Part shown: one piece after another, positions 40,500 to 56,857 of the stretch
Layout: each line of letters opens with the position of its first letter
Position numbering within the stretch: the first letter of the stretch is position 1
NCBI RefSeq assembly: GCF_009914755.1
Contig: NC_060927.1
Strand: one strand, 5' to 3'
Source of the DNA: the human T2T-CHM13v2.0 reference genome, Homo sapiens
DNA length: 64,000 nucleotides
Program-made: the position numbers and the translations under genes
The notes under the pieces: model-generated
Seen by the model: only the letters and a program-made list of their open reading frames with translations
What the model was told of the DNA's origin: nothing
Databases searched by the model: none

Positions 40500-44100
<3,601 letters not shown>

Positions 44101-45011
44101 TCCTTTTTATTTTCAAGTTTATAATTAGTGCTAGGAAGAAAACTGAGCTCCATACATAGATTCATCTCTTCTTAATTTTGTGTCTTTTCTTGGCAAGTTT
44201 TGTCTTATGTAATACCTAATAATTTACCATTGAGATCTTCCAGTCTCAAAGGGCTTTTCACAGAACACGTTTTCCATCAGTGCAGATTTCTAGCTGGTGG
44301 GTTTTACAATTGGACAGTGAAAATCTCTTAAGGAACTGAATCTTCACATTAATGTGGAGGTGATGCTGGGAGCTTATCACTGGGCTTTTGAGTTATATCA
44401 CTGGCAATTTGTTGTAAGCACTTTCTCACTTAAGCTCAGGGCATATTCTTTTAGGAAAATCATTTAATCAAGTAGTGAAGCATGGTAGAAAAATAGCATG
44501 TTATATTCAGAAAACCATGTAAACCTCATTTAGTCAATTTCTGTACTCCAGATATGAATCCTTTTAAAAGAGCATTGAATATTAATAGCTAATACTTTGT
44601 TTGGATATCTCCACCGAATTCCTATAGATGACCAGGATTCTATTTTCAATAGCATGTTTGACAGAAGAAAAGAAAAATAGTTTATTAACTAAATTCTCAA
44701 ATCTAATTTGCAGTGTATAATCAATAAGTTGTTTTGAAACATTGTGCATATAAAAGTGTATTCTTTGCACTTTTAACTTTTAAGAATTAATATTTAATTA
44801 GGTTATGCTGATTACCTTCAGAATAATTTTAGAGAAACACAAGTTTTTTTCTCGTAATAATATATTTCTTACTAATACTATTTGGAGGTGTGTTTTACAA
44901 TTTTCAGGATACATTCTCAACATGTTCTCATTATAGAGAAAAATATTTTTTAAAAATCAGGATGGTATTTTTTTCCAATTACTTGTTTTTTTCCATTTCT
45001 ATTTTCCCCTT

Positions 45012-45213
45012 TGCTTTTTTAAAATTTCAACTTTTATTTTGGATGCAAAAGATATATGTGCAGGTTTGTTACATGAGTATATTGCATGATGCTGAGGTTT
45101 GAAGTATGAATGACCCCGTCATTCAGGTAGTGAACATAATATCCAATAGATAGTTTTTCAACCCTTGTTTCCCTCCCTCCTTTTCCTCTCTAGTAGTCCC
45201 CATTGTCTGTTTT
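45012..45213 (-). mobile_element. L1PA15/16-like 3' end
   Basis: 'tgtgcaggtttgttacatgagtatattgcatgatgctgaggtttg...gaccccgtcattcaggtagtgaacata...tagtagtcccca'. Confidence 0.85.
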
Positions 45214-45219
45214 CTGACA

Positions 45220-45435
45220 GGATAGTATAATGTTAAATGCCTGCTTCTATATCTTGACTTCTTATGTATTCATTTCATGATTCTTTTTGGCAAGTTACTT
45301 GACCTCCCTATACTTCATCTATAAAGTAGAGAAAATATTACTTACCTAATGCCATTAATGTGAGAATTAATTTATGTATACTGAATATATTATAATTATA
45401 TTACAACAATGCCCGGGATATATTAAACTCTTACT
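45220..45435 (+). mobile_element. MIR
   Basis: 'ggcaagttacttgacctccctatacttcatctataaagtagag...gtgagaattaa'. Confidence 0.65.
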
Positions 45436-45864
45436 AACCCAGGTAGTATCTTCTCCATTTAGTTTATCAAGTGGAAGAGAGCTAATCTGGGGTCAGCTTG
45501 TCTTTTTATAACTACATGCTGATATTTGATGATGATGATAATGATGTTAATACCTTTCAATTTTGTTTGGTTAGAAGTAGTAGATCTTAAAAATATGTTC
45601 GGAACTGATATACACACATATCTTGAAAGAAGGAATGAAAGGAAAGATTTCATCATTGTGGGATTTGAAGAGGCAGAAGCAATGAATTAGACTGAAATTA
45701 CTAAATAAAGCTCAAACCCTTAAGCAATACTACATTAGGTAAATGAAAGCATGAATGTGACTTACCCATATTTATAACAATGGTACAATATTTATACATT
45801 GTATATCTGGGTGGGCCAGCGAATACTTCTTGAAAGTAACACAAGAAGAATCATAATGATTAAC

Positions 45865-46356
45865 TGTGATGGTTAATACTGAGTGTCAACTTGATTGGAT
45901 TGAAGGATGCAATATTAATCCTAGGTGTGTCTGTGTGGGTGTTGCCAAAAGAGATTAACATTTGAGTCAGTGGGCTGAGAAAGGCGCATCCACCCTTAAT
46001 CTGGTGGGTAATATCTAATCAGCTCCCAGCGAATATAAAGCAGGCAGAAAAACATGAAAGGAGTGATGGGCCTAACTTCCCAACCTACATCTTTCTCCCG
46101 TGCTGGATGCTTTCTGCCCTCAAACATCGGACTCCAAGTTCTTAAGTTTTGGGACTCAGACTGGCTGTCCTTGCTCCTCAGCTTGCAGCCTATTGAGTGA
46201 CCTTGTGATCATGTAAGATAATACTTAATAAACTCATATATATATAGGACAGAACTAATAGGATATCTATCTATCTATCTATCTATATAGATATATATAT
46301 ACACACACACATATATATATTAAAACATAGGATATTAGAGAACCCTGACTAATACA
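45865..46356 (+). mobile_element. MLT2A1/A2 (HERV-L) solo LTR with 5 bp TSD
   Basis: Starts 'tgtgatggttaatactgagtgtcaacttgattggattgaaggatgc' and ends 'gagaaccctgactaataca'; TTAAC on both flanks. Confidence 0.94.
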
Positions 46357-46369
46357 TTAACTAAGAAGG

Positions 46370-46745
46370 ATACACAGCTATAAAAAGCAAGAGCATTCTA
46401 AGCAAAGTCAATACCAATCCAAAATTGTGCCAAGAAAGATGGTAGATCTTTCTAGAAATGAAGAGTGGTTTGTGAGAGTAGGGATGCATTTGGGGAGAAG
46501 GTTAAATTGGAAAGGAAAATTAATGGGTCTCAGGTCCTGAATGTCTGATACATCGTGGTGCAAATTTTATCCTGAAGCGAGCAGTGATTAAATGATTTAC
46601 AGTAAGGAATCGCTGATAATGTTTGCTTTTTCGGAATATCACTGTTAAAGAAATTTGAAGTGTATGATACTAGTGACAGGGAAACTAGGAAATAGTTGCG
46701 GTAATCCAAATAACAAATGAAAAGAGTCTGAGCCAGATTTGTTGG
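46370..46745 (-). mobile_element. L2 fragment
   Basis: 'agagcattctaagcaaag...ttttatcctgaag...aaatgatttacagtaagg...gttgcggtaatccaaataacaaatga' follows the antisense L2 pattern. Confidence 0.6.
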
Positions 46746-46758
46746 ACAACTGAATTCA

Positions 46759-47130
<372 letters not shown>

Positions 47131-48559
47131 CATTAATATTAACAATATTTATAGGTTAGGTTAACTTGTACTTTAAAAATAAACAGTAAAGATTTTACAT
47201 TGAAAAAGTACACACCTAGAGAGTAAGTTCACACAAATCTGGTTGAAAAGTTATGTTTTTAAGCTGGATTTTGCTCTCATGCTAATCAGTTTTGTGTCAT
47301 ATTGCTGTTTTTTATTAAAATTGTCATGTTTTTCTTTAATCTGTTTATGGACTTACAGAGGGGGGCTCATTTGCTTACTCTTGATGCTCTTAAAGGGTAA
47401 ACAAAGCTCCATGTTGAAGAATTGTAGTGCCCATGGGGATATTCTTTACATAATACTTGGTTGCAAAATACTATCTCAGTTTAAATAGGACCACAGCAAC
47501 CGCTAAAATGTGAAAGAACAACCAGCAATCCACATTCCATAGAGAGTCCAGGAAGGCTGTCTCTGGAACCACAGAAGGTGCTTAAACTCAGTCACCAAAC
47601 CAAAATTGAAACAGATGCAGATGTAGGTTTGCCAGGGTCAATTCTTGAATCCTGAGAGCTTGTCAGAACCTTCCATTTACACAAGACTAGAGAAGAAAAC
47701 AGGAATGACTGGATTTAAAAAAGACTAAAGGCCTTAACATCATGAGCTTCTTTTAATGGCCAGAACTGCAAATCACAGACTGCACATCACAGGATGATTG
47801 CCTTGCACTGTCAATTTGTAAGTTCTAATAGTACAATAAAGTTTTTCAGTGTTTTGTAACTCTTTTTAAAGGGAATTTACAAATATTTCATGAGCATAAT
47901 TCCTTTGGAATGTAATACTCTTAGCAAAGCAGCTACTGTTTAATCTTTTTCAATCCTTGTGCAAAACTTTATAGATACACGTGAAACTCTTCGGCAGGCT
48001 GTCTGAGCTCTTGCCCTCTCAGAAAATGTGTAGAAGTTTTTCTTTAAAGTTGCACTTGCTGTTTTATTGAAGGAAAAACATCATAGACCCATACTTTCTG
48101 AACTATTTTTGAACTTTTGGTCACATTGGCCAAAGACCAAAAGCTTCAGGGACTTTTTTTTTTCTGGAAATGAAAGAGGCAAATTGCTAGAGTATGAGAA
48201 AAATTTAAAGACACTGAATAAGCAGTAATAATGTTGTTTAGGCAATATATAAAAAAGGAAGGGAGAAAAACCTGATTCGTTTTATCCTGGTATCCTAAAA
48301 TCTTTATTGAGAATTTAAATTTAGATGATTCCTATTTATGAAGTGTTTATTGTGTGCCTTTATTGCAAGACTTTGTAGATATACTGCATAACTTATTTTC
48401 CACTAATCATTTTCATGAGTGTACAGAATAGAGTGGATAAATACATACCCATGATTACACAGCTACAAATATAAAGAGTGGAATTCGACACTAGGTCAGT
48501 CAAATGCCATAATATATTTATAGATAATGCAGTCAATATTGATTATCCAAATAATATTA

Positions 48560-49045
48560 ATATAAGACAGTATGGTGGTGTAAGAAGAGAAGAATATAAT
48601 ACACAGTTGTGTGGATGATGATCTTGCCTTTGGAGCAATGCATATTTAAACAACTGTTATACTATGTTGAAGTGCCATTAAAAAACAACCAAAACAATGT
48701 TTAGATAAAATGTTTTAGACATTCAGAAGAGGGAAATGTGTCATTAGCATAGATGACAAATGAACTAGTCCCTAAAATATATTTAGCTTGTGAAAATGTG
48801 GATATCTGGAGGAAGGCTTCTCTAGGTGGAAAGATAATAATTATACAGAATCTTAGGTCTGGGAAATAGTATGGCATGTGTGGTGAATAGAGTTAGTTAG
48901 ATTTGACCAGAGGAGAAGATGCATGGTGAGTGGAAATAAGATACAAAGTAGATTGAGCAAGATTGCAAAGGGCCTTCAGAGTCAAGGAAAGAAGTGTAGA
49001 ATTCCTTCACAGGCCATTATGGCATTAAAGGTTTATGAGTCATAT
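48560..49045 (-). mobile_element. L2 fragment
   Basis: 'atcttgcctttggagc...tggaggaaggcttctctaggtgg...atggcatgtgtgg...agattgcaaagggccttcagagtcaagg'. Confidence 0.55.
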
Positions 49046-49789
49046 TATTACTTTCCTGTGGTGTAGTTACAGATATATTATCTATAAATTGTTCCTTTGA
49101 AACCATTCCTAGGAATTGTATTCTTTGATTCTTTTTCAAATCAACTTGTATGCAGAACCACCATTTATACAATAAAAAGTTTTAAGTGCCTCTTTTGAAT
49201 GAATACTTGTTTGCCTCTAAGAAACACACTTTGGAAAGAAAGCCTTTGATATGGGACATATATTGTTTTCCTTGTGTTTCAGAGAATGGGGTACTGAAGC
49301 AGAAAAGGATGCCCTTCAATTTGATAGAAAAGCACTACATGAATCCCTGTAAGACTCCACAAATTAAACTAGGAGCTGTGTCAACCTGCTCTCTGTTTTA
49401 CATCCATGTGGGAGGGTCTACGAGCACTCATGTGGACAGTAAGTGGGGGTCAAGTGCAGTCAGTACACCCTGCTGTTGGCAAGTGCCCAGAATAGCAGAT
49501 GTTCCTTTGTATAAGGATGAGCAAACAGGAAAAAATCAACATGAGATCTATAAAAATTCTGCACCATAAAGAACCAAAGAGTATTACCCTGAAAAAGAAT
49601 TGCAAAAATAAATCCTACTTCTAAAGATCACTTTCTAAACCAAGTAGAAAACTGGTCTGCTATGTTCATAGAAAGGTATTAAAAATGTGACCACTGATAC
49701 AGCTGACATTTGTGTAGTGTTTACTATGTGCTACTTTTAAAACATACATACAAGTATGTATATATTTATAGAAATATATGAAGCTAGCA

Positions 49790-50540
49790 TGTCACTAGTC
49801 TACAGCTTGATCATGTTTCTACAAACTGACTTATGTAATCAGAACCAGATAAATGGAACATTATCAGGCTCTACAAGTCTCTTTTGTCTTCCCTTTCTGT
49901 TGCTACTTATCCCTTCTACATGCTCACCAATGTAAATCACTCCTCTCCAACAGTGTAAATTAGCTTCATATGTTTTTACTTTTACATCACTTTTGTAAAG
50001 TGTAAGTTGAACTTTTTGCTCATTTTTTCCCTATTGGATTATCTGTCTTATGGATTTGCATAATCTTTTATAATGTACTGGTTACAAGTATGTTTGTTTG
50101 ATGTGATGTATGTATTTTGAGTATCTTTACCACTCTTTGGGATGCCTTTTCACTCTTTTACTGGCCACTTTTGGTAATCCTAATTTCTTAATCTTAATAT
50201 ATCTGATTTATCTCTTTCTGTTTTTTGTTCACACTAGGTGTCTCTGTGCATCTGTTTAAGAAATTTTTGCCTACACTGAAGTCACAAGAATGCTCTCCAA
50301 TGTGTTCTTTAAAAAGTCTTATAGCTTTACTTTTAACATTTAGACCCGTGATAAGTTTGGAATTATTTTGTGTTTACAGTGTTAGATAGGGTTATCTAAC
50401 TAACACAATCATTTTTTGAAAATATTTCTGTACATGACTTTACTCTTGCCTTTGTAATAAATCATTTGATTATATAGGTATGAGTCTGCCTCTGGAATCT
50501 ATTTTGTTCTATTGGTCAGTGTCTATTGTTTTAACTACTT
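49790..50540 (-). mobile_element. L1ME-type old LINE-1 fragment
   Basis: 'ttgctcattttttccctattggattatctgtc...tgtttaagaaatttttgcctacactgaagtcac...gtctgcctctggaatctattttgttctattggtc'. Confidence 0.7.
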
Positions 50541-50544
50541 CACA

Positions 50545-50695
50545 GACATTAAGCACCTTTATCCTCACAATGACACAGAAATAATTATTATTAACCCCAT
50601 ATTATAATTAAGGAAACTGAGGCAGTGAGATGTTAAGTAACTTGGCCAAAGTCACATTGCTGAGGCAACAGCAAATCCAGTCTTTTAAGCTCTGG
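50545..50695 (-). mobile_element. MIR
   Basis: 'aggaaactgaggcagtgagatgttaagtaacttggccaaagtcaca'. Confidence 0.85.
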
Positions 50696-51193
50696 TAGAA
50701 AAAAATGCAACCTGAGCTATGGGTTGAAATGGGAAGAGAGTAGATTGAAGAAATGATTGTGAGAAAATAAAAACTCAATAGCAAAAAAAATTTACACACT
50801 AATAGTTGTGAAGTATAAAATTAAAATGGCATAAAACTCAGTGTTCTTTCAACTTCATCAATCTGTATTTCCATCTCAAGATAAACCTTATCCTTATCTT
50901 TTGAGACCTTAACTCACTCACCTATAGCATTTCTGTAGAGAAATTATATACTTTATATGGTCACCCTTGAAGGAGAGGTCAAATAAAATACTGAAAAGTA
51001 ACTGTAGATATTAGCAAGATCAGTTTTAATGAGATTAGACTGAAGGCAGAAGTCAGATTTCCAGATATTTTAGGAGTTGATGAAAAGCAAAAAAAAAAAA
51101 AAAAAAAAGGAGACATTTAAAAATACCTGGCTATGAGGAGCATGAGGAAACTACAGTGTTTAGACGGAGCGATAGGTTAAAAAGTATATTTCT

Positions 51194-51496
51194 TTCTTTC
51201 TTTTTTTTTTTTTTTGAGACGAAGTCTTGCTCTGTTGCCCAGGCCTGGAGTGCAGTGGCCTGATCTCGGCTCACTGCAACCTCCGCCTCAGAGGTTCAAG
51301 CAATTCTCCTGCCTCAGCCTCCTGAGTACCTGAGACTACAGGTGCGTGCCACCACACCCAACTAATTTTTGTATTTTTAGTAGAGACAGGGTTTCACCAC
51401 ATTGGCTAGGATGGTCTCGATCCTTCACATTGTGATCCACCCGCCTCAGCCTCCCAAAGTGCTGGGATTACAGGCATGAGCCACCGAGCCCAGCCC
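51194..51496 (-). mobile_element. AluS (Sc/Sg-like), antisense, with 19 bp TSD
   Basis: TSD ggttaaaaagtatatttct / ggttaaaaagcatatttct. Confidence 0.95.
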
Positions 51497-51559
51497 GGTT
51501 AAAAAGCATATTTCTAAAATTATTTTGTGTTTTGTTCCTAAATACTTGGAAAGAAAAGC

Positions 51560-51716
51560 TGCTGATGCAGAAAAAGATGAAACAATAGGGGATACTTATA
51601 TCTGCAAATTCTATGTAGCTACTTTATGCCATTGGTGCTGATTCGGAAAAAGATGAAACAATAGGGGATACTTATATCTGCAAATTCTATGTAGCTACTT
51701 TACGCCATTTGTGCTG
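51560..51716 (+). repeat. Tandem duplication 2 x 76 bp
   Basis: 'gaaaaagatgaaacaataggggatacttatatctgcaaattctatgtagctacttta' occurs at 51570 and 51646. Confidence 0.96.
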
Positions 51717-52279
51717 TCTGGGGAGTAAAGAAACAAAATCATAGGTCACTTAAATTTTTTACGTTTAAATGAGACAGACTTTAATGATAAAAAGAAAACA
51801 GAAATCAGTTTCTGAATTATTTAGAAATATCACAGGAGATGAAACTGCTTAATAGTTTCCACTGTGTGGATAATGCATCATGATCAATAAATAAATACTA
51901 CCCTTACCTTAAGAGCAAATATAGGGATGCATTATTGAAGAGGATTAAAATTGGTTGCCTTCATTATTCCTGCAAATTTAATGGTATGTGTATGGCTTAG
52001 AAGCCATACTTAAATTTTAATATGGCTCATTTTAATTGGACGAAAGACTAGTCAAAAAGAATTTTTATACAGTTGCTCTTCAGAGACTTTATTAGTTTTA
52101 ACCAGGGAAGTTTCTCTCATTTTGCATACTGAGAACTCCAGACTTGCTTTGGATCCACAAAGAATTTGGGCTTTTTGGAGGAAAGTAGTGAAGAGAACAA
52201 GCCTCTCAGGAAGTAGATGTTTAGATTCAGGTCACCCAATATTAGAAGAAAAGATAGGTTCCATTCATCTTTGCCATTT

Positions 52280-54010
52280 ATTTTGAAACAATTTTAATTT
52301 GGAAATATTTCAATTCATGAGAATTAACATAATAGCTGCTTAGTAGTCACTACTGAGATTAAATAAACTAAACATAGGCTTAGATCTGTCTTACTTTATT
52401 TTTTGTTGTTAACAATTATCAGTATCACCAAAATCCTATCCTAATCCCATTACCCTCCATCCCCCAAAATAACCATCTTGATCCCTTTACCCTCCACCCC
52501 CAAAAATAACCATTCTCCTGAAGTTTGAAGTTTGTGTATATTAGTCTTATGTATTTTAGAAGTATTTGGCCCTTACATGTACATTCATATAAGAACACAC
52601 TGCATTATTTTCTATTTTATTTGAATGATTTCATACTATTAACAAACTTTTGCAAGTTTTCTCTCTGTGTTATATATTTTTAGTTTGATTCATGCAAAAA
52701 TACATAAATTTAGTTATCTATGGAAATAATTTTATTATTGGAATAAAATGTAATTTATTACTGTAATCAGTCTATGTGTACTTTCAACATTAAATAGTAA
52801 AACGGTGAATCTCCTGAATCATTTATTCTTTTTCTCTTGTGCTAGAGTATCTCTAGGATGAAAACTTTAAAAGGAAATTGATTTAATAATTTCCACTTCT
52901 ACCAAAATATATAAGCTGTCCCATTTGCTGAATGTCCTTAGAAGCACTTAATACTATCAGATGCTAATTTTTGACAATATGATAGTTCCAAAAAGTCAAA
53001 ATGCAGAATGATGGTTGTTTTGGATTTTTTTCATATTTCATTTTTAATTTTTTTTTTACTCCTCAGTTTGAGATACATGTCCTTTTTTTTTTTTTAATAA
53101 AGGTAAGTTACACATCATGGAGGTTTGGTATACAGGTTGTTTAGTCAACCAGGTAATAAATGTAGTACTTGATAGGTAGACTTTGATTGTCACTCTCTTT
53201 GCATTCTTCATCCTCAACTAGGCCCCAGTGTCTTTTGTTTCCTTCTTTGTATCTATATGTATTTGATATTTAGCTCCCACTTAAAAGTGAGAAAATTAGA
53301 TATTCAGGTTTCTGATCCTGTGTTACGTCACTTAGTATGATAACCATCAGCTCTTCATGTTGCTGCAAAGGACATGATCTCGTACTTTTTTATTGCAGCG
53401 TAGTATTTCATGATTGATTTGTATTTCTCTGATTATTAGTGTAACTAACCATCTTTTCACAGTTTTATGGCTGGCCCATTTGTTGATGGTAGTGTACGTG
53501 TGTGTGTGTGTGTGTGTGCGTGTGAGAGAGAGCGAGAGAGAATTTCCTGTTGATAGGCTTTCCCATTTTCATTTTTTTAATGTTTCATTTGTCCTGACTG
53601 GTTATTGTTGCTTTCAGAATTAAAACAAAAGCATTATTATATGTTCTAGATAGCAATATTGCTTTTGTTATTAAAACGTAAATATATGTTCTCAGTTTGT
53701 AGCATGTTTTATTTCTTTTTTTATTAAAGTGTTAATATATTTTCCCAGTTTGTAGCATGTTACAAAACTAAAGATGCTTTTGTATTTTAATGTGACAATA
53801 TTTATAATCATTTTCTGTAGGTTTTTGCTTTTTGTCACAATATTTAAAAATCTTTTCTACACCAATGTAATAGGAATTATCATGATCATCTAATAATTTT
53901 ACATTTTTAATTTTTCCTATGCTTAAGTGTTTTTGTATGTATAGTTTAAGCTAGAAATGTTTTCTCCTATTTTGATATGCAGTTGTTGTAATGCCATTGT
54001 ACCTTATCTT
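52280..54010 (-). mobile_element. L1ME-type fragment with a younger L1 3' end and a (GT)n(GA)n tract inserted
   Basis: Degenerate antisense L1 3' region, including 'atttgtatttctctgattattagtg...catcttttca' and 'aaaatcttttctacaccaatgt'; (GT)n at ~53492-53540. Confidence 0.55.
53030..53412 (-). mobile_element. L1PA15/16-like 3' end
   Basis: 'catcatggaggtttggtatacagg...aaccaggtaataa...ggccccagtgtc...tttagctcccacttaaaagtgagaa...tgctgcaaaggacatgatctc'. Confidence 0.8.
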
Positions 54011-54379
54011 TTGTGTTAATGCATCTCTTTGTAATTTGTTTTATTCCACACAAAAATATTTGAGTACCTACTGTATTCAATACACAGTGCTAACTGGTAG
54101 AGAGGAGAAATAAATATGAACGCTACATGGTTGAAAATCAGTTTTTACAAAATTTTCTGAGCCCAGTGATGACTTGGATGGTATGATAGAATGCGTGGTG
54201 GTGGGAAAGTGTATTTTCAGTTTCTGCTTCAAATTTTTATTACCTGCATTTTCAGCCCCCATAAACAAAGCTTAAAACAATCTCAGAATATTTTATCATA
54301 ATTAAATTTTTTTCAAAATGATTTTTAGCTAATTTCCAGGAAATCAATATGCCTGGAATATTTACAGTTTCAATTTCTT

Positions 54380-55150
54380 TCAATTTCAAATACATTTGGA
54401 AATTCATCATACTTTCTTTCTTGAAGATCTTTGATCTCTAGGCATAACCATTATGCTAGTATCCTTTTCCATTGGTTGGAAAATAATTACTCCTGATGTC
54501 TCATCCTCACCTTAATTTCACACTTTAAACACTTTATTTCCCTTGAATAAGAAGTCATTTCTCTACTATCTTATATTAAAAAATAGATTTCACTATTTTC
54601 CTTCTCAAATTTTTGAAAACACATCATACATACCTCCCTCTCCTTCATCTTCCAAATTTAGTTACCCCACTTACCACTCTAACTACCATGTATCATGCAT
54701 GCATTGCATTCTTTCTATAGCTTTCTAGGGGGTACTGAAATAGTCCTCAGGATGTACATTCCCTCTGTAATCTTATTCTTATCTCATGTTTCCTGTTATC
54801 ACTGCCAAATTAATATTCCTAAAACTTTTACTTGATCATTTAAATATAATGTTTAACAAATGAAATTTATATCAAATATATAGCAAACATTGTAATAAGT
54901 TATTCAGAAAGCTTTGAAACCTGGTCATTATTTAATTTTTCCACCGTATCTATTCTTCTTATTCTTCATCCACTAACCTACGCATAGTATTATATTCACT
55001 GCATTCTCCAAATATACTACTCTAAAATAATTTAAAGTCCTCTTCAAATATTACTTGCTTTATAATTTTTTTCCAATACTCTGGTTTACTCATGCTGGCC
55101 ACCATGAATATTGTATAGTACTATAAGTGTTTAACTGTACATAGTACATA
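54380..55150 (+). mobile_element. L2 fragment(s), very degenerate
   Basis: Pyrimidine-rich L2-like text ('tactttctttcttgaag', 'aactaccatgtatcatgc', 'ttaatattcctaaaac...gatcat'). An antisense L2 3' end also lies at ~54040-54120. Confidence 0.5.
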
Positions 55151-55326
55151 TGAAATTTGAGAAGGAAAATATTGAAATCTATTTTTTAAAATAAGATAGT
55201 ACAGAAATGACTTCTTATTCAAGGGAAATAAAGTGTTTAAAGTGTGAAATTTAGGTGAGGATGAGACATCAGGAGTAATTATTTTCCAACCAATGGAAAA
55301 GGATACTAGCATAAGGGCTATGCCTA
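54439..55326. repeat. Inverted duplication: arms 54439-54612 and 55153-55326 (174 bp each), spacer 540 bp
   Basis: The right arm is the reverse complement of the left arm with about 6 mismatches by manual alignment. The same peptide NKKSFLYYLILKNRF appears in ORFs on opposite strands. Confidence 0.96.
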
Positions 55327-55424
55327 AGGATTCTCTTTCATATTTCTGGCACCTTCTTCTTGTACAAGGCATGAACATTCTTCTCTTTCTCATGTTTTCT
55401 TTTTTTCTTTTCTTTATTTTTTTA

Positions 55425-56495
<1,071 letters not shown>

Positions 56496-56624
56496 TTCCA
56501 CTGCACTTATATTGAATTATTTCACTTATGTGTTTTTGTTTATTTGCTTATTTTTAAATGTGGGAAATGGCTTTAAACTGCCCTGGACGCATGCAGAAAT
56601 TTTCTCTTCCTTGCTTTCAATGCA

Positions 56625-56857
56625 CTTTTTAATTTAATTTAATTTAATTTCTCATAAGTTATTGGGGTACAGGTGGTATTTGGTTGTATGAGTAAGTTCT
56701 TTGGTGGTGATTTGTGAGATCCTGGTGCACCCATCACCCAAGCAGTATACATTGCGCCATATTTGTAGTCTTTTAACCCCCTCCCCCCTCCCACTCTTCC
56801 CCCTAAGTCCCCAAAGTCCATTGTATCATTCTTATGCCTTTGCATCCTCATAGCTTA
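56625..56857 (-). mobile_element. L1PB1-like 3' end
   Basis: 'gttattggggtacaggtggtatttggttgtatgagtaagttctttggtggtgatttgtgagat...ccccaaagtccattgtatcattcttatgcctttgcatcctcatagcttag'. Confidence 0.9.

Noticed and set aside
49186-49569. 127 aa ORF in non-repetitive DNA
   Set aside because: It has a GTG start, no recognisable domain and no exon-like boundaries; the length is attainable by chance.
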